64,000 bases of DNA from a virus. Positions 1-9,331 of the stretch are shown here, piece by piece. The notes below the pieces were generated by a model, which worked only from the letters and a program-made list of their open reading frames with translations, ran no database searches and was not told the origin of the DNA. The stretch spans positions 70,530 through 134,529 of IMG/VR virus record IMGVR_UViG_3300008952_000012; one strand, 5' to 3'. Within the stretch, counting starts at the first letter, position 1; the number at the start of each line of letters is the position of its first letter. The translations under genes were made by a program, and so were the position numbers.

Positions 1-7
1 CACCCCG

Positions 8-3000
8 ATGGGGTGGACTGCTGGGATATCCAACGACAAGGTTAACTTTCAGAAGGCGAACAACATCCCTCTATACGTGGCCGAGATGTCGGCGTTCCCC
101 GGATCGGTTTTGTCGCTTACCGACATTCGATTCAGGGTCTCCAGACAAGACCAGAAGAACAGTATTTACGTCGGTCAGGTAAACCCACGCAAGTCCGAAG
201 CTGATGACTCGGCTAGGAGGCTTCGGACTAATGGGGGTTATATTGACGACTCCATGAACTTCAAGACTTTGAGCGAGGCTCTTAGAGCGCTTGATTTCTG
301 GTGCCGTGGGACACCGACAAGACACTGGACGATTGAAATCGTCGGCTCGACGTATGAGTACTGCTATGACCCAGAGGACGCAGGCTTGGCTGACAACCAT
401 GAGCACCACGGAATAGAGTATCCTGTGAGGATTCCTGTCAATGGTCTTACCATTCGGGGACTACCGGGGAGGAACCCGGACCGTCTCGATAAAGTCACAG
501 GTACGACGGGGTGGGATGCTGGAAGCAAATTTGGCGGGGCTGCGTATAAGCATAAGGAGTTTGAAACCCCTGTTGTCCACTACAGCCATCCTCTAGCAAA
601 ACCCGTCCCCGGGCTGTTTGACCTCAACGGGAAGTTCGGCCTCACGTTTGAGAATATTAGTTTCAAATACTGTGGGGACATGGACAATATCATCAACAAG
701 CAGGGCGACTGGGCTGCCGACGTACGCGACGTGCCCCAAGACGTTATTTTCTGCGCTGGTAACTATGATTACGAAAGGTGGGAACTGGTTGACGTTGACG
801 ACCTTGATTATAACCACGACCGTGAGAACTTCGATAATCTGTATGGTGGCCGAAACGCTCCAACCAATGCCGCGTACACCGGTGGGTGGACGTTTAGGAA
901 TATTTATATTCAGGATGGCGGCGGGCTGCTGACGACCCTCGACGCCAAGTACTCGATTGATAACATCGTTGTGGAGAACTGTCAGGCGAACTCGGTTCTG
1001 AGCTTTGTTACCCTGGGGATCGACACCTCAGACCTCCCCGGCGACCAGGAAGGAAGGGGTAACGGGAAGCACATCTGCCGAGTATCGATCAAGAACAACT
1101 CGGCCTCGTTCCCAGCCACTAACCACAAAGTAAACGGCCAACCCGGTAGTGCCCTAATTTTAGGACCCCTGACCACGTGGGTTCCAAATCAGGGTGACGA
1201 TCTTTTCGGTGAGTATTACACTGAGAACTTCGGAGCGAACGGCCCAGGAACGATAGGAAAGTATGACTCAAAGTACATGTGCGGCGTGTACGCCACACAG
1301 TGCAAGGAAATTGTTGTTGAGAACAACACGTTCAAGAGCTTCTATTGCGGCGTCGTCTTCGGTAAGCCGCTCAAGCTAGATCTTACCCCTGAGCCCGGTT
1401 ACAACTTTGAGCCGTACTGCGAAGGCATCATTACGTCCAATGTTATCCAGAACACCCAGTCCCATGGGGTGGTTTGTTTTTCTGGGGCGTCTTGCTTGAG
1501 CAACATCAGTGTCACAGACAATGTGATCAAAGACCCAGGCGCTCCGCACGGAGCATCTAACGCCCAGGAGCATCCGAACATCTTTGAGTGGGAATCTTGG
1601 GGAATCTACGCATATATGCGCGGTGCCCAGATTACCGGCAATAAGATTTACAATGAATGGAGAGTCTCCCCCGAAAGCAACTGGACCAACGGAGGACCTA
1701 ACGCTGGTTTTGACTGGGTAGACAGGTCGGGAATTGAGTACGCTACCCGTATGCCGTGTAAGGCTGGGGGCATTTGGCTTCAAGACGCGAACAGCGGAGC
1801 CACACAATCTGAAGCCAACATCATATCTGACAACCACATAAGCCTCGGAGGCAGGGCGTTATACGGAGTTCTTCTCAGTTCTTATTGCGAAAGAACCGTA
1901 ATCTCGAACAACGTTATTGAGTATAAGGCTGCGAAGGCAGGCATTGCTGCAGACGCCCCGGATTACAATGATACTGATTTTGCTGAAATGCTTGGTAAGT
2001 ATCCGTGGTCAGTTTTTGTATCAAGGTACTGTGATGAAAACATCATCACCGACAATGTGCTTGGCGCTAACATCTGGCTCGACAAGAACTGTGATAACAG
2101 CATCGTATCTGGGAATATCATTAGAGCGCCGTATAAGCTCACAAACCCAGTAGCTAGTGGACAGGGCGGATGTCTTCTTAGGGTAGCGGCGTGGGGGACA
2201 ACGATCTCCAATAACAAGCTTCATTGCGGCATGATCTCTGTCGGCGCAGATGGAGCACCGGCCACTAACACATCCATCGTCGGAAATGATCTAACCCCGT
2301 TTGGTTCTGTTATGTGGCCAGTAAACAATGCGGGCCCAATTAAATGGATGACCGGCATTTTTGTTAATGGGGGTGGGGTGAACATCCTTATTGATGGGAA
2401 CATAACCAACGGCGGGAACATCAAGGCCGAGGGGACAGGGCCCTGGCATAACATGAGGATTGTGAACAATGTGACCGGGATGCTCCCGGTGGCCACCAAT
2501 CACCCCGATGGGTATGGGGGGCTTATCCCTGGCGGAAACATTTCAATAGAGCTTGGTGACGGGTGCACGATTAGCGGGAACAGCACGTACTCTGGTTATA
2601 TATCAGTGGGTAATACGAGCAATTTGATGCAACAAACGGGCGGGGACATTATCCCCGGCAGTCCTAACGATTGTAACAATGCGTCCATCGTCAATAATAA
2701 AACTTACGGCGGAACCATTTACGCCATGAGTCACGGGTTTGTAATAGCTCATAACGATGTCACAAGGGGCCTGACCAATTTCGGTGACGGTGACTACTCA
2801 ACCGATTTCCACAGAGGAAAGATCAGAGTGTTCGATGGTCGAGATGGCATAATCTCTGACAACATTGTTGGGACCAGCATCGACGCCATAGACACTGATC
2901 TGGTGAAGATTGATAACAACAAAGTGCAGGGGGGTATTTACCTTCTTAACTCCCCAAATTCGATGGTCTCAAACAACACCTGTATGCATGGAGATACCCA

Positions 3001-4123
3001 GCAGGTAGATTCCACGACTGCTCACAACCTCTACGCTTACAACTGCTCCGGCCTCCATGTCCATGGGAACAGGTTTATCCCGAGTGGGTTGACGGAGAAT
3101 AAGTACGGGTACATTAACTACATCCCTCACCCAGGGATTATGCATCCGTACGCAGCAGGCGCGGCCCAGTTTAACCTGTATAACACCAACTCTCAGTGGG
3201 CGGACGGTGGCGATGGGAACGTAGGAAGCGGCACTCCGCCACCCCTAGGAACTCAGCACCTGTTTGATGATATTAAGGGGATTATCTACATCAATAGTTG
3301 CCCAGACACAACCTTTACTAGCAACCACGCCTCTAAGATAGAATTCCTGGGCGACTGTGCTAGGCCCACGGTGTCCGACAACTTCTTCCTCTGGGGAGGT
3401 GCTTGGCCATGTCACCTAAACAACAAAGCCATCACTATGGGGCCGGGGGCGTACACCAACTTCACAATTTCTAACAATAGATGTATGGGGTCAATATGGC
3501 TGAAGGTGGACTTGGACGGGGTCGCTACCGGTTGTGGGGAAGACCACATGGGCAGCATCACTGGAAATAAGGTGGGCACCTATCTGATCCAAGGCACTGA
3601 GCACATCGTTGCCAATGCTGCCAACTCCTGGGGCGGCAGCGGGCCGTGGAGAGGTGGTGGCGGACTGATTATATGTGACGCTCCCGGAGGCGTAATCATT
3701 AACGGCAACAGTCTGTGCACCCAAAAGGGTCAGATGTTCAACAATACTTCCGACTATAATAACGATTACGATGGGAGAGAATACGGCTTCATACTGATGA
3801 ATATGAAGAATCTTGCCTCTACCAGATCTACCCCAAACCACAGTTGGCCACCCACAATGTTGTCGTGGTCCATCATAGGCAATATCATCGGCGGTTATTA
3901 CGCGTATGAAGTTTACCACTACGACGCTGTTAATAATTCCTATTCCGAGACGGGAACTGGTGGCTGGGCTGATACCGGAGCCACAGCGGAGGGGATGCAA
4001 ATCTACGGATCAGGCATAGATCACCACCACGCAAACGATGGCTGGAGGAATGCCAGCAATTTCACGAGCGCTAATCATGTACACGTCACTCTTGCGCCGT
4101 CAGGCTCCCTGGACAATCAATAG
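8..4123 (+). CDS. Right-handed parallel beta-helix protein, tail spike/fibre or depolymerase-like; frame is open to the window edge, so probably 5'-truncated
   Basis: Dozens of I/V-x-x-N-x-I/V repeats (IVVENCQ, ITSNVI, VTDNVI, ITGNKI, ISDNHI, ISNNVI, VSGNII); Asn/Gly rich. Confidence 0.75.
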   Translation: MGWTAGISNDKVNFQKANNIPLYVAEMSAFPGSVLSLTDIRFRVSRQDQKNSIYVGQVNPRKSEADDSARRLRTNGGYIDDSMNFKTLSEALRALDFWCRGTPTRHWTIEIVGSTYEYCYDPEDAGLADNHEHHGIEYPVRIPVNGLTIRGLPGRNPDRLDKVTGTTGWDAGSKFGGAAYKHKEFETPVVHYSHPLAKPVPGLFDLNGKFGLTFENISFKYCGDMDNIINKQGDWAADVRDVPQDVIFCAGNYDYERWELVDVDDLDYNHDRENFDNLYGGRNAPTNAAYTGGWTFRNIYIQDGGGLLTTLDAKYSIDNIVVENCQANSVLSFVTLGIDTSDLPGDQEGRGNGKHICRVSIKNNSASFPATNHKVNGQPGSALILGPLTTWVPNQGDDLFGEYYTENFGANGPGTIGKYDSKYMCGVYATQCKEIVVENNTFKSFYCGVVFGKPLKLDLTPEPGYNFEPYCEGIITSNVIQNTQSHGVVCFSGASCLSNISVTDNVIKDPGAPHGASNAQEHPNIFEWESWGIYAYMRGAQITGNKIYNEWRVSPESNWTNGGPNAGFDWVDRSGIEYATRMPCKAGGIWLQDANSGATQSEANIISDNHISLGGRALYGVLLSSYCERTVISNNVIEYKAAKAGIAADAPDYNDTDFAEMLGKYPWSVFVSRYCDENIITDNVLGANIWLDKNCDNSIVSGNIIRAPYKLTNPVASGQGGCLLRVAAWGTTISNNKLHCGMISVGADGAPATNTSIVGNDLTPFGSVMWPVNNAGPIKWMTGIFVNGGGVNILIDGNITNGGNIKAEGTGPWHNMRIVNNVTGMLPVATNHPDGYGGLIPGGNISIELGDGCTISGNSTYSGYISVGNTSNLMQQTGGDIIPGSPNDCNNASIVNNKTYGGTIYAMSHGFVIAHNDVTRGLTNFGDGDYSTDFHRGKIRVFDGRDGIISDNIVGTSIDAIDTDLVKIDNNKVQGGIYLLNSPNSMVSNNTCMHGDTQQVDSTTAHNLYAYNCSGLHVHGNRFIPSGLTENKYGYINYIPHPGIMHPYAAGAAQFNLYNTNSQWADGGDGNVGSGTPPPLGTQHLFDDIKGIIYINSCPDTTFTSNHASKIEFLGDCARPTVSDNFFLWGGAWPCHLNNKAITMGPGAYTNFTISNNRCMGSIWLKVDLDGVATGCGEDHMGSITGNKVGTYLIQGTEHIVANAANSWGGSGPWRGGGGLIICDAPGGVIINGNSLCTQKGQMFNNTSDYNNDYDGREYGFILMNMKNLASTRSTPNHSWPPTMLSWSIIGNIIGGYYAYEVYHYDAVNNSYSETGTGGWADTGATAEGMQIYGSGIDHHHANDGWRNASNFTSANHVHVTLAPSGSLDNQ

Positions 4124-4146
4124 CTAAAAAGATTCCACGCCAGACC

Positions 4147-4193
4147 GCCCTCCCCCAAGGCTTCTTTTTTTTCGCCTTTAATTGGGGGAGGGT
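4147..4193. terminator. GC-rich hairpin between convergent genes, probably a bidirectional terminator
   Basis: CCCTCCCCCAA(4148-4158) pairs with TTGGGGGAGGG(4182-4192); inner AAGGC/GCCTT stem and T-rich loop. Confidence 0.55.
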
Positions 4194-4233
4194 GATCGGA
4201 ATGGAGCATTGGTTACTACTCGCTGAGAGTAGC

Positions 4234-4623
4234 CTACGAAATAGCACCAGAAGCAGCGGCCTCAGTAGCACCAGCCACGAGGGCTTCGGCAAGCTTCTGC
4301 TTGTTCATCTTCGAGTAACCAGAGACACCTTGCTCACGAGCAGCGAGGCGCAAGTCCTTGACAGACTTTGCGTCCATGACTGCTTGCACGGCTTCGGTAA
4401 CCACGGGCTTCGCGGCCTTCTTGGTCTTCGTCTTCTGGGTTGTGTTTGCAAGCTTCTTGGCCTCGATACGCTTGCGTGCAAGTGCACGACGCTTCTGGGC
4501 GCTACGCTTGATAGAGTTGGAAGTTCCTTCGATACCTTTCACGGTATAGAAAGTTGTGACGCCAATAAGAACAGCTTGGACGGCACGGATGAGGGCGGGG
4601 TTCTTCAAAAAGTTACCAACCAT
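4234..4623 (-). CDS. Basic protein with a C-terminal Rho-N-like helix-extension-helix domain
   Basis: SVKDLRLAAREQGVSGYSKMNKQKLAEAL fits the Rho_N pattern; AGGAG RBS upstream. Confidence 0.65.
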   Translation of the reverse strand: MVGNFLKNPALIRAVQAVLIGVTTFYTVKGIEGTSNSIKRSAQKRRALARKRIEAKKLANTTQKTKTKKAAKPVVTEAVQAVMDAKSVKDLRLAAREQGVSGYSKMNKQKLAEALVAGATEAAASGAIS

Positions 4624-4680
4624 AATATCCTCCTTCAGGATGCATGTGGATTTCGATGAGAGAGTATTCTTCCATCACTA

Positions 4681-4690
4681 TTCTTATGCC
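4681..4690 (-). promoter_or_regulatory. Candidate phage promoter motif copy 1 (GGCATAAGAA)
   Basis: Intergenic, 58 nt upstream of the 4623 start; recurs at 5683, 21392 and 25582. Confidence 0.5.
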
Positions 4691-4691
4691 T

Positions 4692-4718
4692 AAAAAGGGG
4701 GGCGTTTTTGCGCCCCCC
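4692..4718 (-). terminator. Intrinsic terminator
   Basis: Minus strand GGGGGGCG-CAAAAA-CGCCCCCC-TTTTT just downstream of the phosphoesterase stop. Confidence 0.75.
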
Positions 4719-4733
4719 GAGCCATATTAGGCT

Positions 4734-5507
4734 CTAATTAATGTGGATAGGGTCGCAGTAGACCGTGTCCGCTTTCACGGACAGATACCCAACGTCACCG
4801 TTGCGAAACAGAAGCGCTGCACAAAGCTGCCCACCGTGAACACACCCGAGGTCAAGACCTGTGGCGTGCTTGAACTTCTTGGGATTTCCATCTTGGTTCA
4901 GCCAGGGCTGGTGGCCAAAATAGACATGCCCGAATCTGTTGTCATACAGTTCGGCCCAGAAGACATCTCGGTCTGTCTCTTCCCCAAACGTGACCATAGA
5001 ACCGGCATCGTCTACGAAGCGAATGAACATTGTTCTTTCCGCCCGCCGTCGTTGCTTGTTCGACAGTTCGCTTAGATCATCAGGCATCGTTTCCATTTTA
5101 GGAGTGATCCCGCCATGAACAACAGAGAAGCCGTCACGCTTCACGTAAGTAACGACCTTGAAGCGTAACCAATCGCGAAGCTCCTGGTCTGTTGACTCCA
5201 TGACTCCAGAGAGTTCAATGGAGCCCTTCATCTCCATAGCCTTCTCCACGTCTCCGGCTTCGGCCTTCTTCCAGAATCGAATGTTCTTCGACTCGTGGTT
5301 TCCCTGAACAACGGTCGCCAAGCTACCCATGTCACGTACGTACCGGAGCACTCCTGCACTATCCGGCCCCTTGTCAACGAGATCACCAACGAAGATAAAC
5401 TCGTTCACCGCGTCATCTGTGGGCGTCATGAGCCGATCTATCGCGCCCATTAGCTCCTTGAGTTCTTTGAGACATCCGTGGACGTCGCCAATGATTGCTT
5501 TTGCCAT
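4734..5507 (-). CDS. Calcineurin-like metallophosphoesterase (PrpE/ApaH/Pnkp-phosphatase type)
   Basis: GDVHG, GDLVDKGPDS, GNHE, VHGG, GHQP, LDLGCVHGG motifs; start moved to the ATG at 5507 behind a GGAG RBS. Confidence 0.9.
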   Translation of the reverse strand: MAKAIIGDVHGCLKELKELMGAIDRLMTPTDDAVNEFIFVGDLVDKGPDSAGVLRYVRDMGSLATVVQGNHESKNIRFWKKAEAGDVEKAMEMKGSIELSGVMESTDQELRDWLRFKVVTYVKRDGFSVVHGGITPKMETMPDDLSELSNKQRRRAERTMFIRFVDDAGSMVTFGEETDRDVFWAELYDNRFGHVYFGHQPWLNQDGNPKKFKHATGLDLGCVHGGQLCAALLFRNGDVGYLSVKADTVYCDPIHIN

Positions 5508-5647
5508 TTCTCCTCCTTTACCAGTCCTGTGCCTGAGCACTTTGTGCATCTGTCAGAAGCCTCCTTTAGGCTACTTCCGTATCCGTTACAGTGACCACAT
5601 TCAACGTACCCATACTTTTGGGGATTGAGCATTACTTCGAAATCCAT
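5450..5647 (-). CDS. Small protein with DnaJ-type CxxCxGxG zinc finger
   Basis: CGHCNGYG and CTKCSGTG; GGAGG RBS. Confidence 0.6.
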   Translation of the reverse strand: MDFEVMLNPQKYGYVECGHCNGYGSSLKEASDRCTKCSGTGLVKEEKWQKQSLATSTDVSKNSRS

Positions 5648-5682
5648 ACCTTCCTCCTAAGGTTGTTGTGGGGCCTCCATAG

Positions 5683-5692
5683 TTCTTATGCC
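5683..5692 (-). promoter_or_regulatory. Candidate phage promoter motif copy 2 (GGCATAAGAA)
   Basis: 36 nt upstream of the 5647 start, downstream of a terminator. Confidence 0.5.
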
Positions 5693-5719
5693 ATTATTAT
5701 CGTGTGATATTGCGCACAT

Positions 5720-5760
5720 AAAAAAAGAGAGGAGGCCTTCCGAAGAAGACCCCCTCTCTC
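5720..5760 (-). terminator. Intrinsic terminator with cUUCGg tetraloop
   Basis: Minus strand GAGAGAGGGGGTCTTC-TTCG-GAAGGCCTCCTCTC-TTTTTTT. Confidence 0.85.
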
Positions 5761-5786
5761 ACCACAACCCCGAAGGAGGACGGGGA

Positions 5787-6533
5787 CTACTTTACGTACT
5801 TGCTAGGATTAGGAATTCTTGTGAGATCCTTAATCATGTCATCATCCTCATCCACAATGAGTGTGTTGACGACATAGACTAGCGCGTTCGCGAGTAGATT
5901 ATTTGCGTCCGTCTGCTCCTGTCGAACAGCCTGTAGTTGGGCCTCAAGACTTGAGAGCCTATCCAACAGGCCGCTGACATCGAAAGCCTCTTGCACAACA
6001 GGTGCGCTAACAGACTCTACCTGAGCAGCTTCTTCCGCAGGTGTCTCAACCTTCTTGAAGCCCGTCTTAGCACTCTTTTTAGTAGCCACAGCCTTTTTCT
6101 TTTTGGTTGCTGTTGCTTTCTTTGCAGGTGCTTTATTTTCCGCCGTAGCGTCCTTACGTGGCCTACCGCGCTTCCTCTTGGGAGGCGCAGCTTCAGGCTT
6201 TTCCGCCGTCTCTTCTTTGGCCTCGCTATCTTCAACATCCCCGTCTTCAGGTTCTGGCGGCCACTCAGGAGCGGTGCCGTCACCCAGAATAAACTTCTGT
6301 AGACGCTTGATGTACGGCCCAACGCCGCTGCGGAATGTGTCCTCGATCCCGACGCCACTGATGCTTAGGCCAGCGAATTCTTCCGCTCTCTCATGAATCC
6401 ATGAGACTACCTCAGCTTCTTTCATCGTGTACGCGTCGAGAGGCTCAAGCCCCATTCCTACGATTGCAATTTTTCTCAATTCGGCACGGTCTAAAGGACC
6501 GAGCATTTTCTTTGTAAAGCGTTTAGTCGCCAT
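5787..6533 (-). CDS. Hypothetical DNA-binding protein with AT-hook and Lys/Ala-rich linker
   Basis: KRKRGRPRK; KKATATKKKKAVATKKSAK; C-terminal coiled coil; start at ATG 6533 behind GGAGG. Confidence 0.55.
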   Translation of the reverse strand: MATKRFTKKMLGPLDRAELRKIAIVGMGLEPLDAYTMKEAEVVSWIHERAEEFAGLSISGVGIEDTFRSGVGPYIKRLQKFILGDGTAPEWPPEPEDGDVEDSEAKEETAEKPEAAPPKRKRGRPRKDATAENKAPAKKATATKKKKAVATKKSAKTGFKKVETPAEEAAQVESVSAPVVQEAFDVSGLLDRLSSLEAQLQAVRQEQTDANNLLANALVYVVNTLIVDEDDDMIKDLTRIPNPSKYVK

Positions 6534-6813
6534 AGTTTTTTTCCTCCATAAGCTTGCTGTGACAATACACAACTACGCCATCATGATGATTGTAACAATT
6601 ACCATCACAAGGCAGTGATAGCTTGTTGCGGTTCTCCTTAATATACTCTGTTAACTTGTCTCTGATTGGGTTAAGGGCGCTGTTTGGGACTTCATCAGTC
6701 TTATACTGAAGAAAGTCGTGTAATTGCTCTACGGGGGTTGATGGGCACGCCCGGACTCCCATCTGTTCCCATACGATGTGTAATAGCTCGCTTTTGTTTG
6801 TTTTCGGGTTCAA
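6523..6813 (-). CDS. Hypothetical protein
   Basis: Tiles between neighbours; Cys/His cluster CDGNCYNHH..C. Confidence 0.5.
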   Translation of the reverse strand: MNPKTNKSELLHIVWEQMGVRACPSTPVEQLHDFLQYKTDEVPNSALNPIRDKLTEYIKENRNKLSLPCDGNCYNHHDGVVVYCHSKLMEEKNYGD

Positions 6814-7245
6814 TCACAACTCCTGGATGCTAAATCGAATACCTACAAAGTCATTATCCGGCCCGTGGTGCTTTTTCACAAACTCTTCAATAAAGCACGA
6901 GTCGTCGATTGCCAAGCACTCAGCGATAACGTCCTCTAGCACCTTTACGAGGTTAGACACATCGCGCCGCTTATATCTAGTCTTCGCCTTCTTTGGCCAT
7001 CCTTTATTGTACAATGATGGCAGAAAATAGTGAATATTCAATCGGTACGGGTGATCCGGGTTCAGCGGTTTTTTGCTGAAACCTACCTGCTTTGCTATTT
7101 GAACAGAGGCTCTCGCCTTGAACTGCTTCATTTTAGACGAAGGGCGTGGCCCACGTGTTGTGTAGACATACATGTCGTTTACCGATGGGGGGAGAATTGA
7201 AATCTCGGCCTCGAAAACAACAGTATTGTCGTCATTAATCTTCAT
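6814..7245 (-). CDS. rusA: RusA-family Holliday junction resolvase
   Basis: LPPSVNDMY and RRDVSNLVKVLEDVI..IDDS match the RusA D-x-x-N-x-x-K-x-x-x-D...DD signature. Confidence 0.8.
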   Translation of the reverse strand: MKINDDNTVVFEAEISILPPSVNDMYVYTTRGPRPSSKMKQFKARASVQIAKQVGFSKKPLNPDHPYRLNIHYFLPSLYNKGWPKKAKTRYKRRDVSNLVKVLEDVIAECLAIDDSCFIEEFVKKHHGPDNDFVGIRFSIQEL

Positions 7246-7807
7246 TCCCTATCCGTTTAAATGCCCCTGGGTATGATTTCGTAGACTGTTTAGGGGGGGA
7301 TGTAAAAAAGTCTTCATCTCTGTCACTTTCGTTCTGGGTTCTAAACCATAGTTCTCTTCCGATCCTATCCATACACTTGCTTACTTTCCGCTTCCGGTCT
7401 TCCTGGACGGCCAGCTTAGCCTTGAAGTACGTATAGTCGCGAAGCGCTCCGACGACGTCTGGGTCTGTTTCAACCGCTGCCTTTCTCTGATCCGAGTTTG
7501 TCAGCTTGGAGTCTGATGCGACACGCTTTGTCGCCTCGGCGCTCTTAAGCCCCAACCTAGCTTTGCTCACAGAGGAGTAACACGTATCCTGCGCAACCTG
7601 ATCAGTGAGATAAGCATAGTAGGACAAGAACTCGTCGTATAGATCTTTTAGGAACCCATTTGACTTACTGCTCAGCCCCGGCGGGATAATTGGTTCCGTA
7701 CCCGGTGGCTCTTTACTTGGAGAAAACCCGGTTACCCGGAGGTCTTCTTCTAACGTTTCTCGTAGGTCAAGGAAGAGGTCCCCTCCCTTGCTATTTTTTC
7801 CTGCCAT
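7235..7807 (-). CDS. Hypothetical helical protein, possibly UvsY-like recombination mediator
   Basis: Long amphipathic/coiled-coil helices, located in the recombination cluster; function is a guess. Confidence 0.45.
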   Translation of the reverse strand: MAGKNSKGGDLFLDLRETLEEDLRVTGFSPSKEPPGTEPIIPPGLSSKSNGFLKDLYDEFLSYYAYLTDQVAQDTCYSSVSKARLGLKSAEATKRVASDSKLTNSDQRKAAVETDPDVVGALRDYTYFKAKLAVQEDRKRKVSKCMDRIGRELWFRTQNESDRDEDFFTSPPKQSTKSYPGAFKRIGNED

Positions 7808-7826
7808 TTATCCCCCTTCCGGATGG

Positions 7827-8534
7827 TTAAAATTCTGGGTTGCACACATGGGCAAACTTGCATGTTCTACAAACCCACTTGTCCGGCTCTCGCGGAGGCT
7901 CAGTACCTTTCTCGATATGGCCCTCCACGTGCTTTATGACATCAAGAACGTCTTCCCAGACCGAGTTTTCAAACTTAATCTTGAAGAGCCTCATTGAGCC
8001 CGTGGCACGGTTTACATAAAGAAGCTGGCACCGTGGGATATCCAACGCAAACATGTATGCGTGGATTTGGTAGATGTGATCAACCTTCGGCTTTGTCAGG
8101 TTTCTGTAGACACTTTCGCCCACAGTCTTTATTTCCAGAACCCACTCTTTGTCGTAGAAAACCCCGTCGCAATGACCGGCAATATGCAGGTCCTCAAAAT
8201 TTACCGGGACCTCAGACTTAAAGTCATCAAACTTCTTTTCTAACTTCGACTGGATCATGTCATGCAGGGCGTGCCCCATGTCAAACAGCATCCGTAGGTC
8301 TGCCGGGATTCTGCTCTCTGGCTCTTCGCCAGTTCTGTCGTACCAAACTGCCCTTTTACAAGCACCGGGGTTTAATGAAGAGGGGTGGTAAACGTTTGTC
8401 TTCCTGCTCCACTCTTCTTTGTTCATCTCCTCGTGGAGAGTATCCAGCGCGTTTATTACATCAAAACTTTTATCCCATTCCGGGGCCTCTTCCCTGAGGC
8501 ACCTTTCTGGTATCTTGAATTTCTTCTTTGTCAT
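7827..8534 (-). CDS. Cas4-like PD-(D/E)XK exonuclease with 4-Cys Fe-S motif
   Basis: PSSL..C, GHALH, GHCDG, LEIKT, QIHAYM, CRTCKFAHVC. Confidence 0.85.
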   Translation of the reverse strand: MTKKKFKIPERCLREEAPEWDKSFDVINALDTLHEEMNKEEWSRKTNVYHPSSLNPGACKRAVWYDRTGEEPESRIPADLRMLFDMGHALHDMIQSKLEKKFDDFKSEVPVNFEDLHIAGHCDGVFYDKEWVLEIKTVGESVYRNLTKPKVDHIYQIHAYMFALDIPRCQLLYVNRATGSMRLFKIKFENSVWEDVLDVIKHVEGHIEKGTEPPREPDKWVCRTCKFAHVCNPEF

Positions 8535-9331
8535 CAGATTCCCTTTGCGAACTCAAGAAACTTCTCATAGCTCATAAGAATGTATTCGTTGGAGTTGGCT
8601 GTAAATGTTATTCCAGCCCCAGATAGAAGCTTCTGTACGTGATGCAGAGTCACGGTAAAGCTTTTCTTTGGCGGCCTACCGCCAAGAGCCCTGACCTCAG
8701 AAAACGAGGACAGGTGGCTTTCTTCGAGTTCCTGCTTTGGAACAATGGCGATTTCCCCGCCTTTTCGTAATTCAATAATATAAGCTGGGACCTTGCCCTG
8801 TGAGTAAGCCTGCTTCCTCAGAAAATCCAAGTCTTTAAGGCTCAGGCTGACGCGGTCGGACTTAGTCGTCTTTGCCTCTACAAGGATGCTCGGCGTCACG
8901 ACATCTCTTTTATAGCCCCACCGAGATCCGGATGCTGGTTGCCGCTTACCATCGAGGTCGTCAGCGATTCTAGTTTCTTGCTTTTTGCTTATCTCGTGGT
9001 TTGTTAGCACGGCTTCAGCCTCCTCTATTACAATGTAATAGTTCTTGTTTTCGTATATTTCCCCGGCAACCTTGGTCCAGTCTATCCGCCCCAAGATCAT
9101 TCTTGCTAACTCTAAAAACTTCTCTGGTACATGTGCGAGGACCGCAAGGCCACTGCTTACGTGCGTAATGTTATAATCAGATTCCGTGCGCGCACCGCCA
9201 GGGGTCTTATGCATAAAGAGCCCGGGCAGAAACGGCAGCGCATCGATTAGTACAAACTTTCCTTGCGGCCCCGTACATATACTAAGTCTAGCCATCAGCG
9301 GTTCTTTCCAGTACGGCTGCTCTGACTTCAT
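8534..9331 (-). CDS. Hjc-like PD-(D/E)XK nuclease with N-terminal extension
   Basis: QETRIA..L..KRQPASGS..KRDV...LVEAKTT. Confidence 0.65.
   Translation of the reverse strand: MKSEQPYWKEPLMARLSICTGPQGKFVLIDALPFLPGLFMHKTPGGARTESDYNITHVSSGLAVLAHVPEKFLELARMILGRIDWTKVAGEIYENKNYYIVIEEAEAVLTNHEISKKQETRIADDLDGKRQPASGSRWGYKRDVVTPSILVEAKTTKSDRVSLSLKDLDFLRKQAYSQGKVPAYIIELRKGGEIAIVPKQELEESHLSSFSEVRALGGRPPKKSFTVTLHHVQKLLSGAGITFTANSNEYILMSYEKFLEFAKGI

Noticed and set aside
4192-4659. 155-aa plus-strand ORF
   Set aside because: Antisense shadow of the Rho-N-domain gene, which has an RBS, promoter motif and domain support
5694-5712. 17/19-nt match TTATTAT-NN-TGTGATATTG with 40450-40468
   Set aside because: By rough calculation, tens of such two-mismatch 19-mer pairs are expected by chance in 64 kb; only two copies in different contexts
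5703-5718. CRP-like site TGTGA-N6-GCACA upstream of promoter motif 2
   Set aside because: Single occurrence and host unknown; cannot be told apart from chance
7827-8534. Cas4-like gene as sign of a CRISPR-Cas locus
   Set aside because: No repeat-spacer array or other cas genes seen; solo Cas4-like nucleases are common in phages
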